NCBI RefSeq assembly: GCF_006345805.1
Contig: NC_042998.1
Location: 172,546,001-172,610,000 of the forward strand
Reading direction: 5' to 3'
Origin: Octopus sinensis
Taxonomy: Eukaryota
Length of the DNA stretch: 64,000 nt
The position numbers and the translations under genes are program-made. Under the pieces are notes generated by a model. The model was not told the origin of the DNA, did no database searches, and saw nothing but the letters and a program-made list of their open reading frames with translations. How positions within the stretch are numbered: the first letter of the stretch is position 1; the number at the start of each line of letters is the position of its first letter. Below, one piece after another: positions 52,101 through 64,000 of the stretch.

Positions 52101-52169
52101 CAAAGAGTACACTCACACACACACATACATGCATACATGCATACATACATATATACACATACATACGTA

Positions 52170-53440
52170 TGCGAGGGTCGGCTGGAAAGTTCAGAGACTG
52201 CCCAATGTATTTTTATGGAATTTGACCAAATGAGGTTTATTTTTGAACACCCCCCTGCTTGCAGTCCCCACACTTTCCCCATAGGCGTTGCAGTGACTAG
52301 TTCCAATTGCTGAAGAAGCTTTCTTCCTGTTAGTCTTAAAAAGTCACCAACAGAAAATATGATGTCATCGTCACTGCGATACTGGTTCCCAGCCAAGTAT
52401 TTTTTCATGTTCTGGAATAGATGATAGTCAGATGGAGCTAAATTAGGAGAATAAAGAGGATGATCAACCAGTTTAAACCCAGTCACATGCAGTAGCTATT
52501 GAAATCAAGTTGTGTGCTGGATCATTGTCTGACACCTTCAGTCAGATTTCCTGGGCGTTTAGTCTTGATAGCCACTCGTAACTGCCTCAAAAAGTTGGCA
52601 TGATACTCTTCATTGATGGTTTGACCCTTTTAAAGATAGTCAATAATTCCAATGTTTTTTGCATCTCAAAACAAAAAGAAAAACTGAGGCTATTATCTTC
52701 CTTGCAGGTGAAACGACCTTGGCCTTCTAGGTTAGGAGTGGTGTTTCCACTGCATGGAATGTCTCTTTATCTCTGGCTGAAAGTGGTGAAGCCAACACAT
52801 ATCCTTAGTTAAGAAACGCTCAAGGAAACCAGCTGAATTTGCCTGAAACAATGTCAGGTTTTCCCGTGTTGTGATCTGTGGCTGAAAGCGGTGAAGCTAA
52901 CACATATCCTGGGTTAAGAAACACTCAAGGAAACCAACTGTATCTAACTGAAACAATGTTAGGTTTTTCCGTGTTGTGATCAGCCTGATGACGACGACAT
53001 ACTGAAAAATGCAGTGATGCGGCGCGATGCCGCGCACTGGAAGGAAGAAAAAAAAAGAATCGAAACGGAAACCGAGCGACTGCGGCGTCGGCAGCGGAAC
53101 ATGTGTTCGAATACGTGGCACTCACCTGGTGGAAACCTTCATCGTACCAAGTTCATTGCGCAGAATATTCTCAGCTCTCTCACAGGATATGCTAATAACA
53201 TTGGCTATTTGATTTATAGTCAATCGCCTGTCATTCATTGCCATGTGGTGAAAACAATCAATGTTATGCATGATGGTGACAGACATGTATCATCGCTGGA
53301 GCTCCATCTCCAATATAGCAACCATGGCAGCATGAATGTTCTTGGTGACTAAACCCTTTTTCTGCAGGTACTTGATGACATCACGATACCATATCTTGTC
53401 GATTTTCAAGAGAAGCCACTACTAGTTACTTTTAAAGTCT
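52170..53440 (-). mobile_element. Decayed mariner (Tc1/mariner) DNA transposon
   Basis: DKIWYRDVIKYLQKKG, DRRLTINQIAN, R.VPR, FLTKDMCWLHHFQPE, HPLYSPNLAPSDYHLF. One TIR CGAGGGTCGGCTGGAAAGTTC at ~52172; the other TIR was not recognised. Confidence 0.9.
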
Positions 53441-53584
53441 TCTTTCAACAGTAATATGTTAGTTTAGCTGAAAAACAAGGCAAAACAATGCATTTATTAA
53501 TAAGTATTGAAAGTAATGCATACAAGATTTCTCAGCTATAGCATCATACCTTCATTCCTTCATATTCAGTCTATGAACGCTTAT

Positions 53585-53628
53585 ATATATATGTGTGTGT
53601 GTGTGTATATATACATATACATGTATAT

Positions 53629-53677
<49 letters not shown>

Positions 53678-53740
53678 TATATATATATGTGGTGTGTGTG
53701 TATATATACATATACATGTATATATATATATATATTATAT

Positions 53741-53805
<65 letters not shown>
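53585..53805. repeat. (TA)n/(TG)n microsatellite, itself roughly duplicated
   Basis: Directly visible. Confidence 0.9.
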
Positions 53806-53807
<2 letters not shown>

Positions 53808-54379
53808 CCATGTCTTGTGTGTGAATATATATAATTAATAATCTTATAATTTATAATTATTAATCTTACCAAGTAGTTCGGTATGTTAAAAGAACCATTA
53901 TCGGTATGTGGATTCGTTATTTTTTCCTCTTTGCCAGTGTGAGAGTATTGCTGTCTTGGAGATGTCTATGATAGTAGAATAGTATTTGACTGCTATTTCT
54001 AAATTTCGGTATGTGGTGAAGCAATTTTGCTAAGCCCTAATTATAATTATGTTTATAATTATAATAATTTTTGTATATATATATTTATATATATATATAT
54101 ACACACACGTGTGTGTGTGCATAGGGAGACAAAAGAGAAGATAGGTACGTAGTGATACATTAAATAATAAATTTCAAATATTAAACAAACGCGACAAGAA
54201 ACAAACGAACTCATACACAAGACGTAGGAAAGTTCATTCCTCGTCAGTTATTACAATTTCATTAAAGGTGTGAAATTGTAATGATATTTTGGACGATAAC
54301 TGACGAGAAAGCGCTTGTCCATGCCTTGTGTACGAATTTTCCGTTCTTTCCTAGTCGTGCTTCTGTTTAATATTTGAAT

Positions 54380-54463
<84 letters not shown>

Positions 54464-55194
54464 TGTATGTATGTATGTATGTATGTATGTATGCATGCAT
54501 TTCTGCTTATTACAGTCATTAGACTGCTGGTACCATCTTGAAATGTTTAGTCGAACACAAAATAATTTCAAAACCGACCCTAAAATGAGACTTATACGTC
54601 CATCAAAATCGGACATTGGGCGTATTAGTAAAAACATACTAGAAAAAAAACAATACTAGTGCTAAAAGCTAAAATTAGGCTTTCATTGTGGTTTTGTACT
54701 CAAGAAGTCATAGAAAGGTTTTTAAGAGTAGCGAAATATTTTAAAATCTGAATTTATAAAATTGGATATAGATCGTTACTACTCAACCAATAGTATTAAA
54801 TAAATCCAATAGTATTCAATCCAATAGTATTAAATAAAGTTCTTATTTTCGCAATGGAAAAAAGCTAGTTTATTTAGAGAAGACGTGGACATAATCCTAT
54901 CAGCTCATCAAACTTTTATTAGTTACGATAACAAAATATGGACGAGATCTGATAGGCCAATTTTCTTTTGATATAACAATGGGATCAAGTGATTCGTCTG
55001 AGGATACGGTTATCGTTGGAATCTACTATTATCCCAAGTCAAATCAGAATTCTCAGAGATAACAGGAGGCCTGTACAGAGACTGTGTTTTGTCCTATTAA
55101 AAAACTGTACTAAAGTTGAGATTGAAAGATACAGAAAAGAACTCTGAAAACTTTTTAGACGTTTCGGCCTTTCTGTTACCATAGACGGTAATTA

Positions 55195-56600
55195 TCGTTA
55201 GGTAAATTTTTTAGATGTGACTTTCAATTTGGAAAATGGCATGTACGAACCATACCGCGAGCCTAATGAAAGCTTAAGATACATAAATATTAATTCCAAC
55301 CATCCACCTTCCATAATCAAAAGTATAATTAAGAATGTAGCTACCAGAATATCACGCTTACCAGCATCGGAAGAAAATTTCAAACAACATGCACAGTACT
55401 ACTATGAAGCATTAGCTAAGGACGGATATAAAGAGGGAATCAAGTTTGTAAATAACAAAACATCAAATAACAATAACACAAACATAAATAAGATAGACTG
55501 CACTGTTAATTCGAATGACATCAACAAACGAATAACAAGAAAGAAGGGAAAACCTGAGGAACAAAGGAAAGTACGGTGGAAAATGGATATAACCCAAAAA
55601 GGAAGAAAAATCGAAATACTGATACACATAATCACTACACACAAAAATATGGAAGAAAGCAAACAAAAGGTACAAAAATTCGGAAGTCCTATTGTATAAT
55701 CCTATGGTATAATCCAAGTTTTGGACTCCAAATATTGTCCAAGATTGGTAATTCATTGCAGCATTAAATATATGCTTTCCTAAAACACATAATTACTACC
55801 GTTTATTCAACAAACACCCAGTGAAAATATCGCATGCAACATCTTACATCATCTTACATACATAAATACAACAACCAGAACTTGAACACACACACACACA
55901 CTGACACACATACTGACACACAGACACACACACACAAATAAATAAACGTCTGCTGGTAGAGAACAAAAAAATCAAAACTACACAGAATTTAACACCAATA
56001 ACCAAAATAAACGACAGATAGACTGCAAAATCTCAGATAGAGTAAAAAACGGTGGAAATATAGTTGAAATATTTCATCCAAAAAGATCCAACAAAACAGA
56101 TTACCGATTAAACAAAGCTTCGGGTACTAGAAGTTAAACGGAACATCATGAAAACAGAATCAAAAAGCCGCCAGATAAACATAAGAATAATAAGAATACG
56201 ATTAACTGCACATGCCGTAGAAAATCCGCATGTCCACTTCTGAACCAGTGTACTAAAAAGAAAACAAAAAAAAATAGTATATAAATGCATAAATCTACAC
56301 ATCTCAACATAATTACGTGTACACAGGTGCTACTGAAAACCAATTCAAAGTCCGTTATCGAAACCACATTTCGTCATTCCGAAAAATAAATGGACGGCAC
56401 ACGACCTCGCTGGCAGACGTCATGTGGGGACTGGCAGAATAAAAAATTAAATACCAAATAGAATGGTCAAAAATATAAAAAAAACTTTCAATGAACACAT
56501 AGATTCCAGTAACGGGATTTGTTCTGTATGTTCGCATTTCAAGAAATTTAAAAGTAGAGCAGTAGGCACTTAGTAAACCATTAAAGTCTTGTATACGTCT
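55195..56600 (+). pseudogene. AT-rich Penelope-like fragment (RT thumb, linker, decayed GIY-YIG region)
   Basis: NFLDVTFNL..YREPNESLRYININSNHPPSIIKSI..RISRL; WYNPSF..FPKTHNYYRLFNK; KVRYRNH. Confidence 0.8.
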
Positions 56601-57054
56601 GCTTGACATCGCGTTTGTGTAACGTTGATTATCTTCCTTGTTCTTTTCTTCTTGTCTTCTTCCTTACCAGCACCTCAAGTTTAAACATAATCTGTTCAAA
56701 AGACAGCTGACAAACGGTCTTGTTCTCAATTCGTAAAACGGCGAAATAAATTATAATTTCGATCAAGAAATTCTAGAGTCAAAGACTCGTTAGCCACGAA
56801 CAAAGCAGTTCTATATACTGACAAGGGAGACATCCTATTCACAGCAAGCGAGAGCATCAGATTGGCATGCCGATTTCGCATGAAATTGATGCTTGTCGAT
56901 GATGCTATTCCATCGCTGGTGGTGAAGCTGAGTTCCACTTGTCCGTACTTATAGAATTTACCACAGGAATCAATGCCCGATTCAGCAAAATGGTAATGTG
57001 AAAATTATAAAATGGTTAACATGGCTTGACGCAATACAAAACCAAAAGAAAGAT

Positions 57055-57262
57055 CTTCACCGTCCCTAAAAGTGACTAAGGATGTAGGGCAACACCAGCA
57101 TTGCTAGAAACAAGGGCCAAATACTCTTTAGATACGAACAAAGCACAGTTCTATGTACTGACAAGGGACGCAACCTCCTCACAGCAAGCGAGTCTTCGAC
57201 TCTTGTTTTTAGCAATGCTTGTGCTGCTCTGCACCCTTAGTCACTTTTAGTGACCGGGAATT
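57055..57262. mobile_element. ~208-bp MITE-like element with ~59-bp imperfect TIRs
   Basis: TTCACCGTCCCTAAAAGTGACTAAGGATGTAGGGCAACACCAGCATTGCTAGAAACAAG versus the reverse complement of 57200-57260, TTCCCGGTCACTAAAAGTGACTAAGGGTGCAGAGCAGCACAAGCATTGCTAAAAACAAG. Confidence 0.8.
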
Positions 57263-57442
57263 TTTTTCCCTTCTAGTTTTAAATTACGTCTAGCTTTTAG
57301 CTACCTTAATCATTATATATATATATATATATATATAAATTCGGGGTGAGAACTTGATAATTATAAGCACCTGTGTATACCGTTTGGTGGTGTAGGTGGT
57401 GGAGTAAATTGATCAAAATAAAAACATGATGCGAAGGATTCA

Positions 57443-57520
57443 GCGGTACATATGTTTCGGGCCTTTATTAGACAGATTTATAACAATGCATAATGTATGT
57501 CTGTGGCCTGCTTCAGCCGC
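57443..57520 (-). ncRNA. Degenerate type I hammerhead motif
   Basis: GCGG-CUGAAGCA-GGCC[..AGAC..GUCU..]GGCC-C-GAAAC-AUAU-GUA-CCGC. Stems I and III are intact; core position 9 is altered. Confidence 0.55.
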
Positions 57521-59254
57521 GCACAACAGCTTCCACAAGGACATGTGTTACATCAAAAATTCTTGGTTGGGGATGCAAATCCTCTCATTCGCGTACGACA
57601 TAATGCGGCAGCAGCATAGAATTGAAGCGTCCATCTCTTTCTTCTCTCAATGTAGAATGAGGAAATTTGGATGTTGAAGTAATGTAAATAAATAAATACA
57701 TATATAGACGTGAAGATGGAGGGGCGAGAATTCAGGACGAGGGATAAAAAATGTATAAAAAGTGTAAGTATAGAAAAATATAAAAATGTAGAGCATAAAG
57801 ATATAAAGAGATATAAGGAGATGTAAAGGGGGTATAAAGAATATAAAGAAATATAAAGAAATATAAATAAATGTAAAGGCATAAGGTTATAAAGTAAAAA
57901 TAGAAATAGAAATAAAAGTAAAAAGTAAAAAAATAAAGATAGGAATAAACATGATAAAAATGTAAAAAAATATAAAAAAATATAAAGATAAGGGATGTAT
58001 AGAGGTTACGGACCAAACATGGTGGTCAGGAGATTGATAAAATTTAGTTGTAGAAGTTTTGGGTGTCAATAAATCAACAGTTTCGTCTGGGGACCTAATG
58101 TGTTGTAAATCAGAGCTGTTGAGCGTTTAATCTGGTTCTTTGAATTAATTGGTCATCTAGTACATACATACCATCATGGATACATACACCCATATACACG
58201 CGTACATATACGCCTCCAAGCCTATAAGCATACACACGCACTCGCGTGTAAACATGTACATAAACACACACACACCCACACGCACGCGCGTACATATACA
58301 TACATACAACAGAATATCCGCATGTATACACGGACACTACACGTGTACACACCCATATGTACATACCTACATACACATACGCATATGCCCACGCTTCCAG
58401 GTTTAGATATAAGATATTAAAGGATGTATATAAGAACGTATGTAAAGAATCACGCACTCACGTCTACACGTGCACGCACACACGGCTGTGTGTCCATATG
58501 TGCGTGCACATATACACTTACATACACACACAGAGACATACGCGCATATGGGTATAGCTATAAGATATTAAAAGATGTATACAAATAGGTGTAAACATAT
58601 GAATATAAGAAAACATGTAAAAAAAGAAATACGGGGTATGTACATCCAGACGTAGATGTTTACTCGTACATATGTACATATATGTATACGTATACATACG
58701 TACACGGACGCTCGTATAATCATAAAGTGGATCCATAGGTAAGTAAATAAGGGATAAGCAAAAAAAATAGACATATATAGAGATGTAAAGCGATAAGTTA
58801 GGGGTAAGAATGAGGGTAAGGGTAAAAATTAGAAATAAAAGTAAGAAATACAGTAGAAAATAAGAAATACAATGTAATAGTTAGAAATGAAATATAAAAA
58901 TTATAAAAATTATAAGAGTTAAGGTGAGGGATGAAAATAAAAATGAGAATAAATGGAAGTAGAATAAAAGTAAAAATAAAAGTAAAAATAAAAATAAAAT
59001 AAAATAAGATAAAAATATAATTTGGTAAAGTTTAACATGAGATGAAGGTGGTTGAAAGTTAGAGGTGTGTGTTAAAGGTGCCCACGTAGGGGCGGGCGGG
59101 GGGAACTGAAAATTGGAAGGGTGGGAAGTGGAGTTTGGCGGTGTGCGTTCAACATCCGAGTTAGAAATGTGAAAGGGTATAGATATAGGGAAATAAAGAG
59201 ACTATATAGGAAGGATATATATATATATATGCCATGATTAACCGCTAAATCCCA

Positions 59255-59420
59255 CAAGTGTTTTTTTATTCTCTCTCTGTTTATTTTGTCGTGTTCTTTT
59301 CCGTTGAAGAGCGTAGACGCGAAACGTAAAAGACTTTCTCACGTTCCCGAGCGTCAAACTAATACACCTGCTTGTTGTTTATATACCAGTCTTCGTCTTT
59401 TGTTTTACTGTAAATTTCGA
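59255..59420 (+). mobile_element. Relative of the ~300-bp hammerhead-bearing repeat
   Basis: CTTTT-CCGTTGA-A-GAGCGTAGACGC-GAAAC-GTA-AAAG near 59296-59332. Confidence 0.55.
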
Positions 59421-61211
59421 GAAATATATATATATAAAGATATATTGATAAGTATGGAAAGATGAAAAATGTAGACATAGATACAGTGCATGTGTTTATT
59501 TAAGCCGATGTGGTGTTTATGTGTCTCTATTTTGCCCTTTGGCGTAGCAACTCGACAGACAAGTAAACTAAATCCCTAATTGAAATAAGTACAGGTTTAC
59601 TTATGATTGAGTAGACCTTTAAGGGCAGGCCTGTGGCATTGGCATACTCATATACTTGAAATCAGCAAAGGAGAATTTGAATAATATATATAGTATTCCA
59701 GTATGGCCTTAGTCGTGATGACGTCGATATGCTAAAGCACATAAAACTATCACTTTGTGTTTGTATCATGTTGTTACTCGCTCTCTCACTGCTTCCCTTC
59801 CGTTACCACATCTCTCTTCCTCTTTCTCTGTCCATTAAATTTTATATCCGTTTCTCTACTCCCACCCCTCTCTCTCTCGCCCCCTTCCTTGCTTTTGCTT
59901 TCAGTAAGATGATCAGCTGTCGCCTTCCAATGTCATTATAAATAAGACACTTAATCGCAGCTGCTCAATCAAGTGACTGATGACAAACGAATGAACGTAT
60001 GAACGAATAACAACAACACCACCACCACCACCACCACCACCGTCGTCGCCGCCGACACTACCATCACCACACACACACACACACACACACATATGCACTA
60101 ACTTAAACACATAGAGACACAAGCAAACGAATGCACAAATGAATACACAACTGAATACAACATAAATACACAACTGGCTTGTTTATAATATTCCGTTGAA
60201 TTTTATGATGACCATATGCTTCAATTATGAATCGTTTTATGACAGTCTTGTATGAAGATCAGCAATAATGGGGAATGCAGCCACAAGTGCAACAAAAGAA
60301 GCACAACGGATACCGTCTGTTCTAGACCAAATGTGTAGTTTCACTAAAGAAGAAACTACGGAAGCTTTGATACTTGATTGAATCAGACGCGTATTATACT
60401 CCAACCGCCAGAACATAGACGAATACCCCTGAAATCAAAGATTCGTGTGAAGTAGATAAATCCATTAGCAAGGATGAATCAAGGCGACTGGTATATTTCT
60501 ATCAGATGCTGAAACCGCCATGAAGCTGGTCATCACACCTCTTTTTCTTCTTCTCTTCCTATCCTCTATCTGCCTGTACTTACCCACATGATAGCAGGAT
60601 AAATGCAGTAAAGTCGCATTCCCCACAGCTATGTTTAACCATTTTTTGAGAACATGTTCTGCCAAAACTTAGGGATTTCATTATCCTAGAAGTGGTTTTA
60701 CAGGGCATTTGTCGAACATCTAGTATATTCTATCTCTTTGCGTACTGTTGCAAGGTCTGAAGAAATTTTTAAAGTGTCATGGACTCTACCGTTCCTTCCT
60801 TGTCGAAGACATTGTAAAAGAGTAGAGAAAAGAAATAAAAGAGGTGCATTATTGTGGTTAAGTGTTATCTATCTTAACTTTCAGTTGACCTATGTCATGT
60901 GAATGAAATAAGTTCGCCAGAAACTCAGTAGAAAATACTCAGGTGTTCTATTCTTAGATTGATAGACTTCATTTTTCACTGAATTTCAAACCACTTTAGT
61001 AGAGTCCTCGCTGTTGAAAGTGTTTAGATCAAATCTCTAAATCAAGAGTAACCTATGAGTCATGGTTTCTTCCTATTGTTTTTGTCCTCTTAATTTTCTA
61101 GCGACCAAGATAGCCTAACGGGTGCAGCGGCTCAGTCGCCGATGAACAGACATGTAAGAGATTGTACTGAAGTATAGATTATCTGTAGCGCATAAATAAA
61201 CTACCCACGCG

Positions 61212-61268
<57 letters not shown>

Positions 61269-61329
61269 AAACGGATTTTATACAAGAGATGATTATGTAC
61301 ACATAAATACATGCGTACATAAATACTAT

Positions 61330-63895
61330 TAGTTCATCCGACGTTGTTGACGATAACCAAGAACATCACCTAGGAAAACAAAAAATGGGGCACGGTGCTT
61401 CAAAGGCTCTGCAGCAGGTCAGGTACTGGTGATATGTCTGGATCAGACAATGGTGATCTGTTGGGATCAGGTACTGGTGATCTGTTGGGATTGAATACAA
61501 GGACTTGAATTTGGATTTTCTTTGTGCCCCTGCAATCCTGTTCTCTTCGTAGGAGGTGGCACCTCTGTTGACGAATTTTTCGGTCATGTGCTCTTGTCTT
61601 TCAAGTATCTGAGTTGATCTCAAAGCTCTTCAGCGAGTCCTTGAAGCGCTTTTTCTATCCACCTTGCGTGCGCTTGCCTTTCGCAGTTCGCTGTAAATCA
61701 GTCTCTTGGGAAGTCGTGTGTCAGGCATTCGAACAAGGTCACCTGCCCACCTGAACTGCGCTCTTCTCAGCAGTGTGTAAAGGTTTGGCAGATCAGCTCA
61801 AAAGAGGATCTACATGTATGGGATCTTGTCTTGCCTGGTGATTTTTAACAGCTTTCTCAGGCAGTGTATGTGGGAACTGTTTACCTTTGTGCGTAGCATT
61901 CGTAAACTATCCAAGATTCGCAGGAATATAATGGTGTAGGATTGGTACACCTTCAACTTGTTGGTCAGCCTAATGCCGCTCTTTCTCTTACTGTGATTCT
62001 CGTAGCCGCTCGAATGCTGAGTTTCCCTTGGAGATGCATATGTCGACTTCTTCGTCAATGCTCAGCGATCTACAGAGTGTGCTGTCGAGGTATGTGAACT
62101 TATATATGACTTTCAGGTTTTCCTCTTCGGCAGTGACAGTTGGTTCCACATACAGCTTCTGCGGTGCAAGTTGATGCATGACCTCTGTCTTCTGAGTCCT
62201 GATTGCGAAGCTAAAGTTGCTGCAGGCAATAGAAAGTAGTTTATGCTGTGGCCCCTTGGTCTCTGTGGTGGAGTTGAGTGTGCCATCGTCTGTGAGCAGG
62301 AACTCGTACACTGAGTTCTTTTCCATTTTGGTCATTTTTGCCTTCATAGGCTGAAGAGTTTGCCATCAGTCCTAAATCTGATCTTGCTGCTGATTTAGTC
62401 GTCGTTGTAGAAGGCATCCGGCTGCAAGGCAGAGAACATCATGCTGAACAGCATAGGAGCAAATACACAATCCTATTTCAGTCCGCTAGTAACTGGAAAT
62501 GCATCGGGAAAATCTCCATCGTTCAGTATTCGAACGTGAATGCCATCGTGAAACAGTCGTACCATGCCGGTGAATTTGTCCAGGCAGCCCCTAACTACTG
62601 ACGCTATCAAAGGTCTTGGTTAGGCCTATAAACGTCGGATATAGATCCCTATTTTGTTTCTGAGACTCTTCCTGAAGTTGGCATGCGGCAGGAAACATGC
62701 CGGCTGTCCACAGTCTTCTCTAAAGTCACTGACTTTCTGGTAGATGACTGCCTTCCATGTACTGAGTGAGGTGGTTAAGGAGGACACTTGTGAGTATTTT
62801 ACCTGCGATGACAGGGAGGGAAATTACTCGATGGTTGTCAGAGGTTGTTTGTTTCCCTTTCCCTGGTGCTGATGGACAACAGAAGCGACTTTGAACACCC
62901 TGAGGAACAACCTCTTGTTGCTACATGATCTGAAAAAGATTGGCGAGTTTCTGTGCCACGACTGATCACCCTCGCCTTGTATATTTCAGTTGGGATGGAG
63001 TCAGGGCTTGGTGCCTTGCCATTTGAGAGAAGCTTAATTATTTTGGGGCCTCTGCTTGTGGGAGAGTGTTGATGTTAACTTGGGGTATGTGAGCAGTATC
63101 CTTAACCTTGATAGAGGAAGGCTTGTTCAGGACGAAGTACTCTGCCGACCTTTCCAAGTTTGCTTTTTTGTCAGTAAGGAGTAACGTCCCATCAGCACTG
63201 AGCGGTGGTGATGTTCCGGAGGGCTGTGGTCGGTAGATAACTTTCAGAGTATCGTAGAAACGCTTAGAGTCGTTGCTGTCAGCGTACTTCTGTATTTGAT
63301 CCACCTTGTGGAGCCAGGAAGCTTGCATCTCTCTGAGCTTTACTTGCTCCTTACTTTTGGTAGCGTTGTAGGTTGCTTTCTTGGAAGCCGATGTGCTGTC
63401 TTGCTGAGAGATTTTGTAGGCTTCATGCTTCTCATTAAGCAGCTTCTGAATTTCTTCATCGTTGTTGTCGAAACGGTCTTGGTATCTGTGCGTGTTCTGG
63501 CCCAGATGCGTGAGTGCAGTGTTGCACACCATGTCTCTGAACACCATCCACTCCTCCTCTGTTCCTTTTGTATCAACATCGACTTGGCTCGACTTGCTAA
63601 ACAAGTCCTCACTGGGTTTCTGTATCACATTGTACCATTCCAATTTGCTAATGTTTAGTCGCTTGTTTATCGGATGTGCACGTCGTGTTTTGCGAGAATG
63701 GGTCTATGATCTATCTTGCATTCTGCACCACACATGGCCTTTGTTACTCTAATATCTCTTTTCCTCACTATGACGTAGTCAATACGATGCCAATGTTTGC
63801 TGCGCGGATGCATCCAGGACTTCCTTTTCTGTTTGGGCAGGCGAAACTTTGTGTTGGTGATCAGCAGGTCTTCAGCAGTAGATGATCGTTGCTGT
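61330..63895 (-). mobile_element. RTE-clade (BovB-like) LINE remnant, 5'-truncated in the endonuclease
   Basis: LLITNTKFRLP..WMHPRSKHWHRIDYVIVR; RYQDRFDNNDEEIQ; KTEVMHQ; QLRWAGHLVRMPDTRLPKRL. The 3' end GGTTATCGTCAACAACGTCGGATG resembles RTE tails. Confidence 0.9.
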
Positions 63896-64000
63896 ATGAA
63901 AATAACAAAGAAACACGGCTATTGAAAAAATATTTACACATGCCGCTCGCAGCCCCCCCCCTCTCTCTCTCGCTCTCGATATTCATCTTTACTATTACGT

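Noticed and set aside
57700-59250. A-rich skewed region as a coding PLE remnant
   Set aside because: Probably PLE-derived, but no diagnostic protein motif could be read; the ORFs are low-complexity F/Y/I artefacts.
60260-60720. Possible host exon (plus-strand MGNAATS.. start; minus-strand GTAAGT donor near 60580; weak hAT-like words)
   Set aside because: Frames close quickly, no recognisable domain, and no consistent acceptor/donor pair; cannot be supported.

Overview
This is AT-rich eukaryotic (metazoan) DNA made almost entirely of transposable-element debris and micro/minisatellites. The SINE families and repeat content suggest an octopod cephalopod; this is an inference, not a database result. 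I found no host protein-coding exon, rRNA, genuine tRNA gene or CRISPR array, and most ORFs in the track are artefacts of simple repeats. Recognisable content: (i) several R4/Dong-type non-LTR retrotransposons (RT, CCHC, restriction-like endonuclease) sitting in (TAA)n tracts, one interrupted by a nested CR1-type LINE; (ii) a young, C-rich, ~6.5-kb Neptune-type Penelope-like element (PLE; RT + GIY-YIG) with ~250-bp terminal direct repeats that each carry a hammerhead-like motif, plus older AT-rich PLE fragments; (iii) two Ty3/gypsy remnants, one with an LTR and a tRNA-Ser PBS; (iv) CR1 and RTE LINE remnants, a decayed mariner, non-autonomous Helitrons, a MITE and three tRNA-derived SINE families. 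The most interesting layer is not explained by ORFs. About ten minimal hammerhead-ribozyme-like motifs occur on both strands; two have a perfect catalytic core and several unrelated families share a C4 (CCGANGA) core variant. Many lie in or between long fold-back inverted repeats. Boundaries were read by eye and may be off by a few to tens of bases.
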